From NCBI RefSeq assembly GCF_964355755.1, contig NC_092675.1, forward strand, positions 987,812-1,051,811: DNA of 64,000 nucleotides, in the 5' to 3' direction. Source of the DNA: Antedon mediterranea (Eukaryota > Animalia > Echinodermata). This document shows positions 1-17,417 of the stretch, one piece after another (position 1 is the first letter of the stretch; the number at the start of each line of letters is the position of its first letter). The position numbers and the translations under genes are program-made. The notes beneath the pieces are model-generated. The model saw nothing but the letters and a program-made list of their open reading frames with translations. It searched no databases and had not been told where the DNA came from.

Positions 1-4149
<4,149 letters not shown>

Positions 4150-5558
4150 GTTTACTATAGATCTGTACAATATATTCTATTAAAATATATACTAAATACG
4201 TGAATTAAATCAGGCAGTGGTTCAATTTATCTCTCAGCTGATTCACTATTTTCTTTGCAACTTATCTTTGCTGCTGATGAGTCGAGTAAACGTTAACGCG
4301 TAATAGAAATAATGGAGGTGTGTCTCGAACATGTGGTTGGAAATAGCCAATCATAGGTCGTATCGATTCCTGCTTTAGAAGTACACGCCCACTTTTATTC
4401 ATTACACATCATCGCAAAACGGATACACGCACGCGCGCGCATAACGCCGGAAACTAAGTTGGAGGCAAACTTTTTAGGTCATAAAACACAAATTAATGAA
4501 TATTAAAACATACATGTCCATGAATTCTAATTAATTTAATAAATTGAATATTGTAAAATCGTTGCAATGTTCATACATTAATTACCACTAGTAGTCAAGA
4601 CATTAGCTCCCAGTTCAATGCAACCACAGAGTGACTTAAGATGCGTTTGGTTCGATGCATGATGCATAAACATTTCCTTTTATATACCCAAAATACAAAC
4701 ATATTACCAATGACTCATATTTTGATAGTTAATAGGCATATCAGTTGTCTTAAATGTCATTACGGTATAATTTATTTGATATTGAACTTGATAAGTAACC
4801 ATGCGATGTGATACAAGAGGACGCATCCAACACTATTATATAAAAAACATTTATGTTATAAACTGTTTTGAAACTTAATTCTATAGAAAGCTACAAATAA
4901 TAATCTTGAATGTAAGATTTATTTTGATTCTTAAAAAAAAACAACAAATCATGGAAAGCGTCCAAAAAATATGTATTGCCCCCAAAAGCATGACAAAAGA
5001 TTATTCATTCATTCATTTATTCTTTATTTAGCCTTTAAAATCGAAATACATTTAAAACAAGGTAACAAAACGAGACAGGTGGAAATCTAAGGAGGCAAGC
5101 ATAAGCAAAAGCAATTAAAATCGCTGTAATCACTTCCATAAAATATAATGACAAAATAAACCTATTGACTTCCAGTAAATTTTACTATTTGTTGCTTGTT
5201 TTTCCAAATTTGTGGTGGCAAAGTGAATTAAATGACATTAAAATGGCATATTCAACAAAAACATTTAAAACAATTATTTTTTCAGGCTGACAATACATCT
5301 TTAGGGGAGAGAGGATCATATGGAGGTATAAAAATAGTTTATTGCTTATTTATAACTTATGAGAGGATTATGAACAATAAATAATTGTATTTGTTTAATC
5401 GCTCTCCTAGTGTGTGATGTGTGTATTGTACAGAGCCATATTAATTAACATAATTATATGTACACTATCTTTGGTTGTAGTAATACTTGCGCCCTCTAGA
5501 GGACGACAACAAAAATAAAAACAAACATTAATAAGCGCGCGAATATTAATCATTCAAC
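4150..5558. promoter_or_regulatory. Divergent promoter region between GDH and the CENP-U-like gene
   Basis: Start codons are 1.4 kb apart on opposite strands. Motifs: CCAAT box (agccaatca ~4345), GC/KLF box (cacgccc ~4384), CG-rich gcacgcgcgcgc (~4429), ETS-like ccggaa (~4447), CTCF-like site 5489-5503, E2F-like gcgcgcgaa ~5535. Confidence 0.6.
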
Positions 5559-8500
5559 ATGGCTGAGTATGAGAAAGTGACTCTAATTCCGGAACGAAAT
5601 AAAGTTCTATCAAACAAACGTTTAAAGTCAGTATTTGGTATAATGTTTTGTTACAATATTTAACTATTAGGGTGCATTTATTAATTTGCCTTGGTGCGTT
5701 ATGTTTCTCTATATTTCATATTAAAATAAGCTCAAGAAGAATGCTAGCTAGTAGTAGGCCTACTAGAGGGCCTAGGCCTACTACTACTCTAGGCCTACCT
5801 AGGCCTAGCTAGTAGCCTAGGCTAGGTACTGGTAGCCTCTACTACCACTCACTGTACTAGCCTACTACTAGTCTAGGTAGGAGTCTAGGCTAGTGCTACT
5901 AAACAGTACCTAACTAGGCTAGTAGACCTACGCCTAAATAGGCCTAGTCTTAGTTTGTCTTACTCTCGAGCTTAACCAATTTAAAACATTCACCCGCTGC
6001 ACGTCGGTGATAGTGAGTAACCGTAAAATTACACAACAAAACTTATTTTTATATGTAAAAGTTTTTTTTTTAATACTAATAGCAAACGTCAAACCACATT
6101 ACGTGCATTCACCTTCACTCGTGACTGGGTATCACCAATACCCATCATTCCAGCATTGAATCAGGTACAGACTTAATCTAATTTATTTGTTTTTGTTATA
6201 ATTATTTATAAATTGCTGCCTATACTGGTCTGCTGTATATTTAGGCCTGTGTACATACAGTATGTCAAAAATATAATAAAATAACAGGTTTGTAGCTATA
6301 AAATCAAGTAGCCTGCCCAATATGTCGAGGTAGATGCTTAGCAATGCCGTTCGTAAGTATACAGTAATGTATTTTTTTTGTTGAAATTTTGAAGTTACTT
6401 TATTTGAAACAGGTGAATGTATCATCACAAAATACTAGCAATAGTCATGAAGATGTTGCCATAGAGACTGCTTCATTGACCATTCAACAGGCTTCCAGTG
6501 ATTATGATGAAAGTAAGTTAACATTAACATTGCTTTTGGCTAAACATGTTTGAATGTATCTATTTAAATAGTCTTGCGATGAGTGTAGCTAAAAATAATA
6601 CATATTCTGAATTACATCATTATTGTTGTTGACAAATACCAACAACACTACAAGAGTTTCTGAACGATTTAAATCAGTTCTCTTAGATTCTTTTATTGCA
6701 GAGTCAAGCATCAATCAAAACCTTATTAACTTAGTTGCATTATTCATTTCCATAATACTGTAGTTATAGTTTCATTCAATTATTATCTCTTCTACTCAGT
6801 ATCATCTGAACCAACTTCTGTACATCAAAGGACACCACAGACCAAGACCAGCCAAGCACGACTACACGGTAACTCTGTTCTGGAATCAACACGGTTGTCC
6901 GATATGGCGACAGAAGAAGAAGTCAGGGCAAACAGCAACATAACAATAGATGAGAATAAAGGAATGGGTGAAACTAATGAAGTATCACAACCACCAGAAA
7001 CAGATAAAACCTTAAAAAATCCAAACAGAAGTACCAGGCGAAGTAGCCGATTGAAGGCATCACGGCGGCATAATGCAACAGAAATAGAGCATCGTGATGA
7101 TTCACATGTTCACAATCAATCACGGTTGATAGGTCATAGTTTATCTACTCTTAAGAATGTGGACAATACTGATGTTCCAGATAGAAACAGCCAGTCAAGA
7201 AATGCGTCAAGAGTTACAGACAATTCTAGCCCTGAAGATGTTGGCAGCGAGCCTTTTGAGCAAGATATGCCAGACTCAATCCTTACTGACACAAATTTGA
7301 CACATAAAGTTTCATCAAAAAATGATGAGTTATCCAGTACACCTAAAAGACCTAAGATTACATCAAATAAAAAAAAAACAACCCCACTGTCATCATCAAT
7401 GGTAATACTTTAGTTTTTACATGCCCAAATATAGTAGTGATATGCCCAAATATAGTAATGATATGCCCAAATATAGTAGTGATGTGACATCATCATGTCC
7501 ATGTATAGGCACATCACATTTATTTTTCACATCAAGTTTGATAGTGCAGACAGAGCTTTAGAATGAATTAGGTTTTTTGTGGATTTGGATCATAAATGTT
7601 TCATCTCTTGTGGAAATATAATATTATACTTTATATCTAATTTCTTTCTAGGCAATACTGGCTTCTCCAAAGAGTGGCCCTGCATTTAGACATCGGGGAG
7701 AGTTGAACAGAAAGTCACCACCTCAAAGGAAACAAGAACCACTTCCTAAAGGTTAGCTTTCTAACATCTCAGGCAGATTACAGTCTTGAGCAGTCCTGAA
7801 CTTGATAACACTTCCAAGTCTAGCCAAAGCAGCATGCTGTATTAAATTCTCAATGTAGCCCTAGTACAGTAAAAATCTTCTTTGGGAACCCCTAGGTTGT
7901 TCAAAAGAGTGTTTTTGATTTAATATGTTGTTACAATATTAACATTCTCAGGTAAGGTGTGTCTTTGGACAGCATCTGAAAGGAATCGATCAGTAAATGA
8001 TGTTAATGAACTAGATGTTGTCCTCAGTAACATTGAAAATGAGTGCCTAAATTTCAGGTAAGTAGTATGTCTATTAAATGTCTGTAAAGTATTAACAAAT
8101 TTAAGGCTCTATTAAATAAAAGTAATATTGTTATAAAATTCTCTGTATAACGAAAATTGTGTCCGAAATGTCTTTTTTTTATTTTAGAGAGGAGTTGTCA
8201 GAGAAGCCGCATAGGAAAGCTGTGAGCAGATTTTTTGTTAACACTAAGAAGGATTTCACTTCAATGGTATGTACTTGATGGTGGTACTGTTGATTGGTTA
8301 TTAACATGTAAGCCTACAAATCACACTGTCTGTGGTCCAATCATGGCTTTAATACTTTATCTCTACATTTATTTTAGATTGCACTAAGACAAGAACAAAA
8401 GTTTCTTCAGTCTGCCGTAAGAAAAACAAAGATAGATGTAAATAAGAAAAGAAAGCTGTTACTTGCCCTCAAGAAACAGGATTCTAGGTAAAGTCACATT

Positions 8501-10818
8501 ACTTGTGTCCTTGGGCAAGACACTTACGTTTGCCTCTCTCTACCCAGGTGTACAAATGGGTACAACAACTACACTAAGGCGTTATGAGAGTATGCTTCCA
8601 TTTATGTTTGATCCAAAAATAACCGGGTAATAATGTGTGCTTAGAGGCTATATGCATGAAGCGCTATATAAGAATGGCAAAGTGTTCTATTCCTCAGATC
8701 AGGTGGTACCCAAAACACCAGTTCTTTATACCATTACAATTCACACAGTGAAAATGTGTTTTAAATTGTTATTGTTTAATAATTAATGTTTGCATGAAAA
8801 TAGATAGATTAAATTTTATTTAACAGATGGATTATGTGACCATCAATCTAATGTATATTTTTGGATTATCTTAAACCAATGTTACTTATAAAGGGTAGTT
8901 GATAACCATAGTCTTGTTAAAGCTTACTTCTGCCGACTTCTGTAATAATCTTAGTCTAGATAAATATGTTTTATTATCCATGGTTGTAGGCTTACGTTGG
9001 ATATAGATCATCTAAAGAAGAAACAATCTGGCAAACACAATACTTTGAAGACAATTACTGAATTTCTAGATGGATTGAAAGAATTTCAAATGAAAGTTGA
9101 TAAAATTCAAGAGGACAGTGATGATGTATGTTTTATTTATTTTTTCTGCATATGTTTGGTCCTCCAAACTGTGACCTGGGATGTATGTAACATTGTTATA
9201 CCAATGGATTGGATCCACCAGATTTATCAATCCTACCACTGTCCTCCAGTTGTCACCACAGCTGTTGCTTACTTCACCAACTCATCCAATGGGTGGTCTT
9301 TCCTTTGGATCCACCTGATCACCAACCCTACCACTGTCCTCCAGTTGTCACCACAGCTGTTGCTTACTTCACCAACTCATCCAATGGGTGGTCTTTCCTT
9401 TGGATCCACCTGATCACCAACCCTACCACTGTCCTTCAGTTGTCACCACAGCTGTTGCTTACTTCACTAATTCATCCAATGGGTGGTCTTTCCTTTGGAT
9501 CCACCTGATTACCAACCCTACCACTGTCCTCCAGTTGTCACCACAGCTGTTGCTTACTTCACCAACTCATCCAATGGGTGGTCTTTCCTTTGGATCCACC
9601 TGATCACCAACCCTACCACTGTCCTTCAGTTGTCACCACAGCTGTTGCTTACTTCACTAATTCATCCAATGGGTGGTTTTTCCTTTGGATCCACCTGATT
9701 ACCAACCCTACCACTGTCCTCCCGTTGTCACCACAGCTGTTGCTTACTTCACCAACTCTTTACTCATCCAATGGGTGGTCTTTCCTTTGGATCCACCTGA
9801 TCACCAACCCTACCACTGTCCTTCAGTTGTCACCACAGCTGTTGCTTACTTCACCAACTCATCCAATGGGTGGTCTTTCCTTTGGATCCACCTGATCACC
9901 AACCCTACCACTGTCCTTCAGTTGTCACCACAGCTGTTGCTTACTTCACTAATTCATCCAATGGGTGGTCTTTCCTTTGGATCCACCTGATTACCAACCC
10001 TACCACTGTCCTCCAGTTGTCACCACAGCTGTTGCTTACTTCACCAACTCATCCAATGGGTGGTCTTTCCTTTGGATCCACCTGATCACCAACCCTACCA
10101 CTGTCCTTCAGTTGTCACCACAGCTGTTGCTTACTTCACTAATTCATCCAATGGGTGGTCTTTCCTTTGGATCCACCTGATTACCAACCCTACCACTGTC
10201 CTCCAGTTGTCACCACAGCTGTTGCTTACTTCACCAACTCTTTATTCATCCAATGGGTGGTCTTTCCATTGGATCCACCTGATTACCAACCCTACCACTG
10301 TCCTTCAGTTGTCACCACAGCTGTTGCTTACTTCACCAACTAATCCAATGGACGGTCTTTCCTTTGGATCCACCTGATCACCAACCCTACCACTGTCCTT
10401 CAGTTGTCACCACAGCTGTTGCTTACTTCACCAACTCATCCAATAGGTGGTCTTTCCTTTGGATCCACCTAATTACCAACCCTACCACTGTCCATCAGTT
10501 GTTGTGTAACAGATTTCACATATGAAGTTGGCTCCTAATACGAAGAAGAAGAAGAAGGAGATTTATAACTTTATGGAAATATTGCAAAACTTTATTGTTG
10601 ATTATCATTTTGAAAGGAATATGTTAAATTTCCATAAAATACAATTTTTACACATACCAGTATAAACCTAAAGGAAATGATAAACATCATAAACAAATAT
10701 TGTTTTATTATTTACAATATTTTTTTCCATTCTTATGTAGGCTACCATCCACAAGAATAACATACCTGCACTTCTAATCGAGTCTGCTCAGTTATCAAAG
10801 GTCAATATTAGCCTCTGA
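5559..10818 (+). CDS. CENPU: CENP-U-like centromere protein (exons 5559-~5630, 6413-6512, 6800-7401, 7652-7751, 7952-8057, 8188-8266, 8378-8487, 8990-9125, 10741-10818)
   Basis: GT-AG exons splice in frame. A long S/T-rich disordered N-half is followed by CLWTASERNRSVNDVNELDVVLSNIENECLNFREELSEKPHRKAVSRFFVNTKKDFTSMI..coiled coil..FLDGLKEFQ..NNIPALLIES. From memory this resembles the vertebrate CENP-U C-terminal domain (ELNIVLPEFEK..KAAIATFYVNVKEQF..FLSNLKQL..SSLPALLF). Exon 1 donor is uncertain. Confidence 0.7.
5740..5955. repeat. CTAG/TAGGCCTA-rich low-complexity tract in first intron
   Basis: Dense run such as tagtaggcctactagagggcctaggcctactactactctaggcctacctaggcctagctag. Confidence 0.85.
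8500..8675 (+). mobile_element. CORE-like SINE fragment
   Basis: gtgtccttgggcaagacactt..cctctctctacccaggtgtacaaatgggtac resembles the CORE-SINE domain from memory. Ends in aagcgctatataagaat. Confidence 0.55.
9205..10500. repeat. 95-bp minisatellite, about 13-14 copies, with higher-order variant structure, in last CENP-U intron
   Basis: Unit tggatccacctgatcaccaaccctaccactgtcctccagttgtcaccacagctgttgcttacttcaccaactcatccaatgggtggtctttcctt. ORF-track starts are spaced 95 bp apart. Confidence 0.97.
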
Positions 10819-11169
10819 TTCAGCCAATATCAAAGGTCAATATTAGCCTTTGATTCAGCTGTTAAGAAGAGAACATTTTGTTTTCAACACCGAACAATTT
10901 GATACAAACATTTTTGGGGGAAAAGTGTGATTTCTATTTATAACTATGTAACAAATATTGTATTAATATGTAGTATTGTGTGTAACTTGTGTTAAAACAT
11001 GTTTAGGTTTGAAAATTAAACCATTTAAAGATATATTATCCCATGAAATGGTTGAATAGGCCCTTTTAATGTCACATAATTTACTTGTTCACTTTGACCA
11101 AAAATTGAAAAAAATATATACTGTATATATATTTACATATTAAATGATTTGTTTTACAATACACATTAA

Positions 11170-11282
11170 TACAAAAGCCTATTAGTGCCATTTTGAGTGC
11201 TGTATTATGTTTTTCGAGCGTAATCCGTTCTAAATTATTAATTCATTTAAAAGGATTAAAATGGCACTAATAGGCTTTCGTA
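11170..11282. mobile_element. Small hairpin MITE-like element
   Basis: tacaaaagcctattagtgccatttt ... aaaatggcactaataggctttcgta inverted repeat. Confidence 0.55.
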
Positions 11283-12396
11283 CTTTTAAACTTGTTAGTT
11301 TTCTGTCTATATCTTTAAAAAATACATCTTCCACGTTTTTTACACTTAAAACGACATTTAAGAGCAATTAATAAAAAATAAAAGAATATGTAGATAATAT
11401 AGTAATATACACATGCGTTTTCAAGTTGATTAAAAATATTTTCCAAGCCGGTAAAGCTTTATATTGTATTTATTGGGTTTATTAGTGACAATGGAACTAT
11501 TTTGACAACATTTATCAACCGTATTTATTCGAATAAACGCTCTGGTAAAGATCAAGAGAAGGAATATTCGGTACCAGAGTAATCTGAAGTACGAACAAAA
11601 AGGCGTTGTCTGGTCTTTTTATTGTTTTATTTCTTGTAATTTAAAAATGGCGAAAGAAATTAATGGAAGAAGTCTAAAGCTTTGTTCCCACTGATGCAGC
11701 GGAAAGGACGTACGCGCAACGCAATCACGACGCGATAAAACATTGTCCAATGTGCTGTAAAGATCAAAGTACTTGCGTTAGGTCAGCCTTAAATGTTAAT
11801 GACAATTTATTAAAATAACAAAACTGATAATATTCACAAGGTAATTTATTTAATGTTCGTGTTTAGAAATAACTCACCAAAGCAAAACAGTACCAGCAAA
11901 AATGTTCTCATTTCTTCATGCAATGATCCTTTATTGATGATAGTGAAGTAGGCGGTTATACACACCCACTAATACTGAAGACATGGAGCTTACCAATTGT
12001 ATAACTCGACCATGTTGAAACTATAGCAAATATATTTACTGCGTGGAGCTGGAGATTCGATTTGTTATCTTCTTGGTTATATGTAGTTTATTATTATTGA
12101 GCAACGTTTCGGTAAGAACCCGTTTCTGTTATTATTCATATTGTTAGTTTCTATGTTATATTTGTAGTGTTCTTAGCTATTGCTTTTGACAATGACAAAT
12201 ACCTTACTAAATACTAACTAAATGGTTTAAACGAACTCGCTAACACTTGGTAGTGTTAGCTAGCTCACTCTGTTGTCTTTATTCGCTGTTTATTACTGTT
12301 GTTGCTACTGGGTCGCCATTTATTCGTTGTCATTTCTACAGGTACCTGTTTCTACTGGAACACACCAGCCTAATGCTTATCTAAAACGATTACATT

Positions 12397-15300
12397 ATGT
12401 TCAAAATGGCTTTGACAGAAGACGTCGAACCTGAACACATCCCACTCGTAGCTGCCGCCGACGTCACCCGAAGTGATAATGAAGGATACGAATGGCACGA
12501 CACCGTACACATGCAGTTATTGCGTTCAACAAGAGTTCTTGTGCATTTGTATTTAGTCAAACTGATTGTCAGATTAACTCTTGAGTTTATGGAGGGAAGT
12601 CTTCCTCAATTTTCTGTTGAAGTTTGGCAGTATGAAGAGGAAGGAAAGGACGTTCTTCTCTTGAGTGTTTACGATGCCATTGCACCTTGTCTACCTTTGT
12701 TTGGGGGTATTTTGTCAGATAGCCTATTAGGAACTACACGAACAACAATTGGTGGAACAATATTTATAACAATTGGTAAATAGGCCTATAAAGTATACGT
12801 TCCTTAAAAGTAGTACGCTTTCAATAACTTTCCTTTCTTTGTATTAAATTGAAGGGCCATCTGAAATGATATGTTTTCTTCTTAACGTTTTCCGTCTTCC
12901 GACATTACGCTTTCCACAATTTGTTTCCATTTTTGTCTGTTTATGTCAGGATGGTTTGTTATTGTGTTACAGTATGACAAAGTTTACACTAAGAAGGCCT
13001 ACCGTAATTATACTGCAAAATTCACAGATAAATAAAGCCAAAAAAATTGATTGTCACCGGGCAAATTATAATTTTTCATTTTTTTTTCCTAAAAATTGAT
13101 TGTTTTTTGCAGCATGTGTGTTGTTCACATTGGATGCTCTTCCTTACGACGACCTCTTCGGTGAAGAACTGCCACTACCGGTTGCGCGCACAATATTTAT
13201 TATAGGTATCTCGTTCGTATTTATTGGTGGCGCTGGCTTTGAAGCTAACATTGATCCACTTGCTGCTAAACATAAGGAACGAAAGGGTTACTCAGCTGTA
13301 AGAACAGTCTATCACAGGTTAGAACCGTTTTCACCGTTACAATCAAAATCTCCATAATCGGCATTGGTCATTAATGCTTTCATTAAATTTGGCATCAATG
13401 TTATCAATAGCCTCCTCATTTGGGCTTTGTTCCGACTACTCGACCTTGAATCATCGTCATCATCTAACATCATTTAACATTGTCGTCATTTGGTGTTTTC
13501 GTATAACCATTCCGATTTGAGTTCTCAACATTGAAATCGGAAAGACAACGCTGTCACTAACTCTCAGCACGCATACGCATATGTTGTGGAAATCTTGTGT
13601 ATGCAGGAAATTCTGTGCAACCAACACAACACCTCATAACTAAATCCCCTCTATCTTTTCAGTTTATTTTGGTTCGAAACTATCGGTATCTCCGTTGCGA
13701 TTGTGTTTGTTGATACACTTGAAGAAGCCTTCAATTTCGACTTATTCTATGGTATTGGTAGCATTTTGATGGTAGTAGCAATCTGTATCATAGTTTCAGG
13801 ACGTGCATTGTATATTCCAACTTCCTTGCCAGAAGGTACGTATGTACAATTTAAATGCTTCTATAAAACTTTCTACAGAAGTAGACTTTTCTAAATAACC
13901 ATAGAATAACAAAAATGTATTAATTGATGTAGGCCTTATCCAATTGATCTGACAGGACAGTTAACTGCTACAGTAGGTATTGCTATTAATCATCAGAATT
14001 TTTATATAAAAGAGTACAGGAAGATATCTTTGCCAGATTTCATCAGCTTTAGAACATTTTCAATTCATTGTATGATTTACTCTTTCAGAAAATGTGTTAT
14101 ATAAAACAGGTTGTTCTATCTTCCAAGCGATTTCCAGACGTATCAAAAGAAAAAAGTTAAATGTTCCTCAATCAGAAGAGATGACGTCATTTCTCGATTA
14201 TGCAAAAACACAACATGGCGGATCTTATACATCTGTATATATGGATAGTGTTAAACATTTGTTGAGTACTCTACCAGTGTTTCACACTATCACTTTATAC
14301 TCAATTGTTTATTATCAGGTGGGATAACCTATGGTTATTATAGAAGTCCTCCTCCCCTCCCAGTAGCATGATTATCCCGTCGCGTGGTTTCCACTCTAGA
14401 ACGCAACGCAACGTAACGCAGCGACCTATTGACGCAAAGTGCTGTATAATCACAAGTGGGAACCGACGCCCAACAGTGCTGCAATCATTGCAGGTTTGAT
14501 TTCACGCAGGTGGGGTAAAACTCAAAAGTACGCTCGGTAAACAAGGTCAAACTCTACTGCACTCTAACGTTGACGGCCAATAAGCAGGGTAGATTTCACG
14601 CAGGCGGGGCAAACACAATTATTGGAAGAGCATTTTTTACGCTACGTAGGTTGCGTTACGTTGCGTCGCTAGTGAGAACCAAGCTTTACCAATGATATAA
14701 TCGCATTTGATCAACTTCAGAAAAAGGTGTATTCATTATGAAATTATTATCATGCACATAAACATTTTCAGTTCGATTGGATTTTATCTTAATTTGGTTT
14801 TATAATACCGGTGAACCAGACTTAAAAATGTATATTACGAGAAAATTAACTGAGTTTTGTATTGTGTTTAGGTTGATACTTCCTACAGAGAGCAAACACG
14901 ACGTATGAACCTAGCAGCTGGAAATATTGAATATCCTAATATAACCTTCCCGTTGATATCAGCATTCGTGATTCTAGTTACGCTGCCGTGCTTGCTTTAC
15001 TTTTATCCCAAGCTAGATGGATCGGACACATTTAAATTGACGCCTTTAAGAAAAATAGGTATACTTAATTTTGGTTTTATATTATTAAGGAGACAACCTA
15101 ACAGGGGTGTCTCTAAAATACGACGAAGGAACGGTCCTGCAGGAAAAAACTGGGTTTTTGTTCTTAAAGGAATTGGAATCATTTGTGCTGGGTTGTCCTT
15201 GATTTGTGCAGCAATTGTAGAGTCTAAACGTAAAGAAGTTATGGAAGATGGCGGTTATTTCATACAGACAGTGAATGAAATTACCTACAATGCATCACAG

Positions 15301-16559
15301 TTAAACGTTTTGTACCAGATACCTCAATATACTTTTATTGGCATAAGTGAAGCAGTTATACGAACATCAGGTCAGAGTTCACATTGTGTCTTTCAAAAAT
15401 CTAAACTGTTTAAAACTGTAAGATTTAGTTGCAGTATTTCTTTTCCCCTTTAAATAAAAATAATATAGTTGTTTCACTTTGTTGTTGTTGTTTAGGTTCT
15501 GAGTTGGCTTTTACACAATCTCCCGACAACATGAAGGGAATAGTAATGGGGATATACCTCCTGATGTCAGGTCTTGGCAGCTACCTTATCAATCTTCTTA
15601 TTACTTTAACAATCAATAGTATAACTTCAGGTAAGAAGTAAAGTCCGTATAACTTTACATTTGGGATTTGAAGATCTACACATATCGTATGTATCGACTA
15701 CACAACGCCAACATTGTATCAAGGAATCGGGAGTGAGGGTATATCACACAACGCCAACATTGTATCAAGGAATCGGGAGTGAGGGTATATCACACAACGC
15801 CAACATTGTATCAAGGAATCGGGAGTGAGGGTATATCACACACATGCTCACAATGAATTGACACGACATAATCAGTTCTTCCTAACAAATCGAAGTCTCT
15901 TTAATTTATTTTTTCAGATACCTCAAATATAAAGGTCCAAAAACTCTGTATACGCACACAATTTCCACAAATCGACTACAAAAATAAGTTGTCTATGTCT
16001 ACCCAAAACTATTCCTTGTCTTGTTCTCAAAACTTTCCAAACGCTTACTATTTTAATCAACACTTTTTATCCGAAAACTATGAAACAACTGCAAAAATAA
16101 AATATAATTGTATATATATCTCCTATCCTTTGTTCCCAATCTTTAATATTTAGTTACATTTTTCATAAAGAATGGCAACGTTAATATTAAGTTCAATAGT
16201 GGACAAATAATCCAGCATTCATTTCCATTTTTACAGGCAATGAATGGATCACAGATGAGATGAATGATGGTTGTTATGATTGTTTATTTTACATTTTGAC
16301 TGGACTCCAGATATTGAATTTATTTTATTTGTATATGATATCAAGAAAATATTCATATAAACCTACGTTGTCTGTCAAAATGGTTTATCAACATGTTACT
16401 TTTAACAACGATGGTGGAGTAACAGTGTTAGATTCCGTGGAGGGAAATGCAAGTGATGTAGTGCCCAATGAGTGGGAGTATGTCGCGATCCTTCACAGGA
16501 AAAGTCTTCCGCGGTGTAAAATGCAGTATGGTACAGAGGAAAATTCTAATGAAAGATAG
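12397..16559 (+). CDS. SLC15/POT (PTR2) family peptide transporter, SLC15A4-like, divergent (exons 12397-12775, 13113-13317, 13663-13835, 14089-14318, 14872-15058, 15170-15370, 15496-15630, 16237-16559)
   Basis: POT hallmarks PLFGGILSDSLLG, SFLDYAKTQHGGSY, TPLRKIGIG and LYQIPQYTFIGISE..GSELAFTQSPDNMKGIVMG, multiple TM segments, and GT-AG exons in consistent phase. Confidence 0.88.
14382..14685. mobile_element. MITE family 2 (gcttggttcccactag-type TIR); degenerate copies at about 11679-11790, 58380-58456, 62778-62887
   Basis: gcgtggtttccactctagaacgcaacgcaacgtaacgca ... ttgcgttacgttgcgtcgctagtgagaaccaagct inverted ends. Confidence 0.6.
15700..15842. repeat. Short tandem repeat, 3 copies of about 47 bp, in SLC15 intron
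   Basis: cacaacgccaacattgtatcaaggaatcgggagtgagggtatatca repeated three times. Confidence 0.9.
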
Positions 16560-17417
16560 AATGAAGAACAATTTTGCTAAAAACTAATTTAATTTCTCAA
16601 TTTTTTAGCTCTAGAAACTATTTAATTAGCTCTAGAAACTATTTAATAAGCGCTTCTTCTTTTTTCGATTGTCCTTTTTTCCTGTTTTTTGTAATTTTTA
16701 TATGTTGCATTGTTTGTCTTTTTTGCTGTTCTTTCAAAGGACCTCATTGGAAACAAGTCCGTAGAGGACTTTTATGAGTTATCCTTGGCATCCTTGTTTT
16801 ATTTTGGTATTTTTATATTTGCCAATTTTAATTGTATGTCTGTGATATTTTATGTACTGATGCCGAAATAAATCAAATCAAATCAAACACTCTTTATAAT
16901 AATTATCAATGCAATAATCAATAATAAAATATTATATTATGTTTGGTTTCTATATCTTATTTGTGTTAAATAAACGATAGGAAAAAACACGATAAATATG
17001 ACAAAAGTAATTAGGCATTGTGTCGTCATACCTAAGAGTATAATTATGCTTAACTTTCAGAGAAACAATAATACAATTAATCTTAAAATATTTACACAAT
17101 CATTCTTTTAGTCATCAGCCAAGAGCCAGGCTAGTTATCTGGTCCTACCCAATCAGTATTCTCAATGTAAATCCTACCCAGTCTGAACGCATGGTTAGTG
17201 ATCTGAGTGAACTAACTTCCTCCCGATAATTTTAATAATACGGCTAATCGTACAAGCAAGCAACATAGTAGGCCTATATAATCTAAGAGAAATACATTGC
17301 TCATGATCTAAACGAAAATCAGTTTGGTTGACTTCCTCCATGATTTAGCTAACTAATAATTGGAAAATAGTATAGTGAATTTTTCAGTAGAGAGATATAT
17401 AATGCATCAGTGATAAT

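Noticed and set aside
8997-10377. Overlapping repetitive ORFs (MVFPLDPPD..)
   Set aside because: Products of the 95-bp satellite, whose unit is not a multiple of 3. The real exon ends at donor 9125.
16560-17417. Kinase exons for the TIE-like gene
   Set aside because: Only about 850 bp of AT-rich UTR-like sequence separates the two convergent stop codons. No kinase motifs seen here or downstream of copy B.
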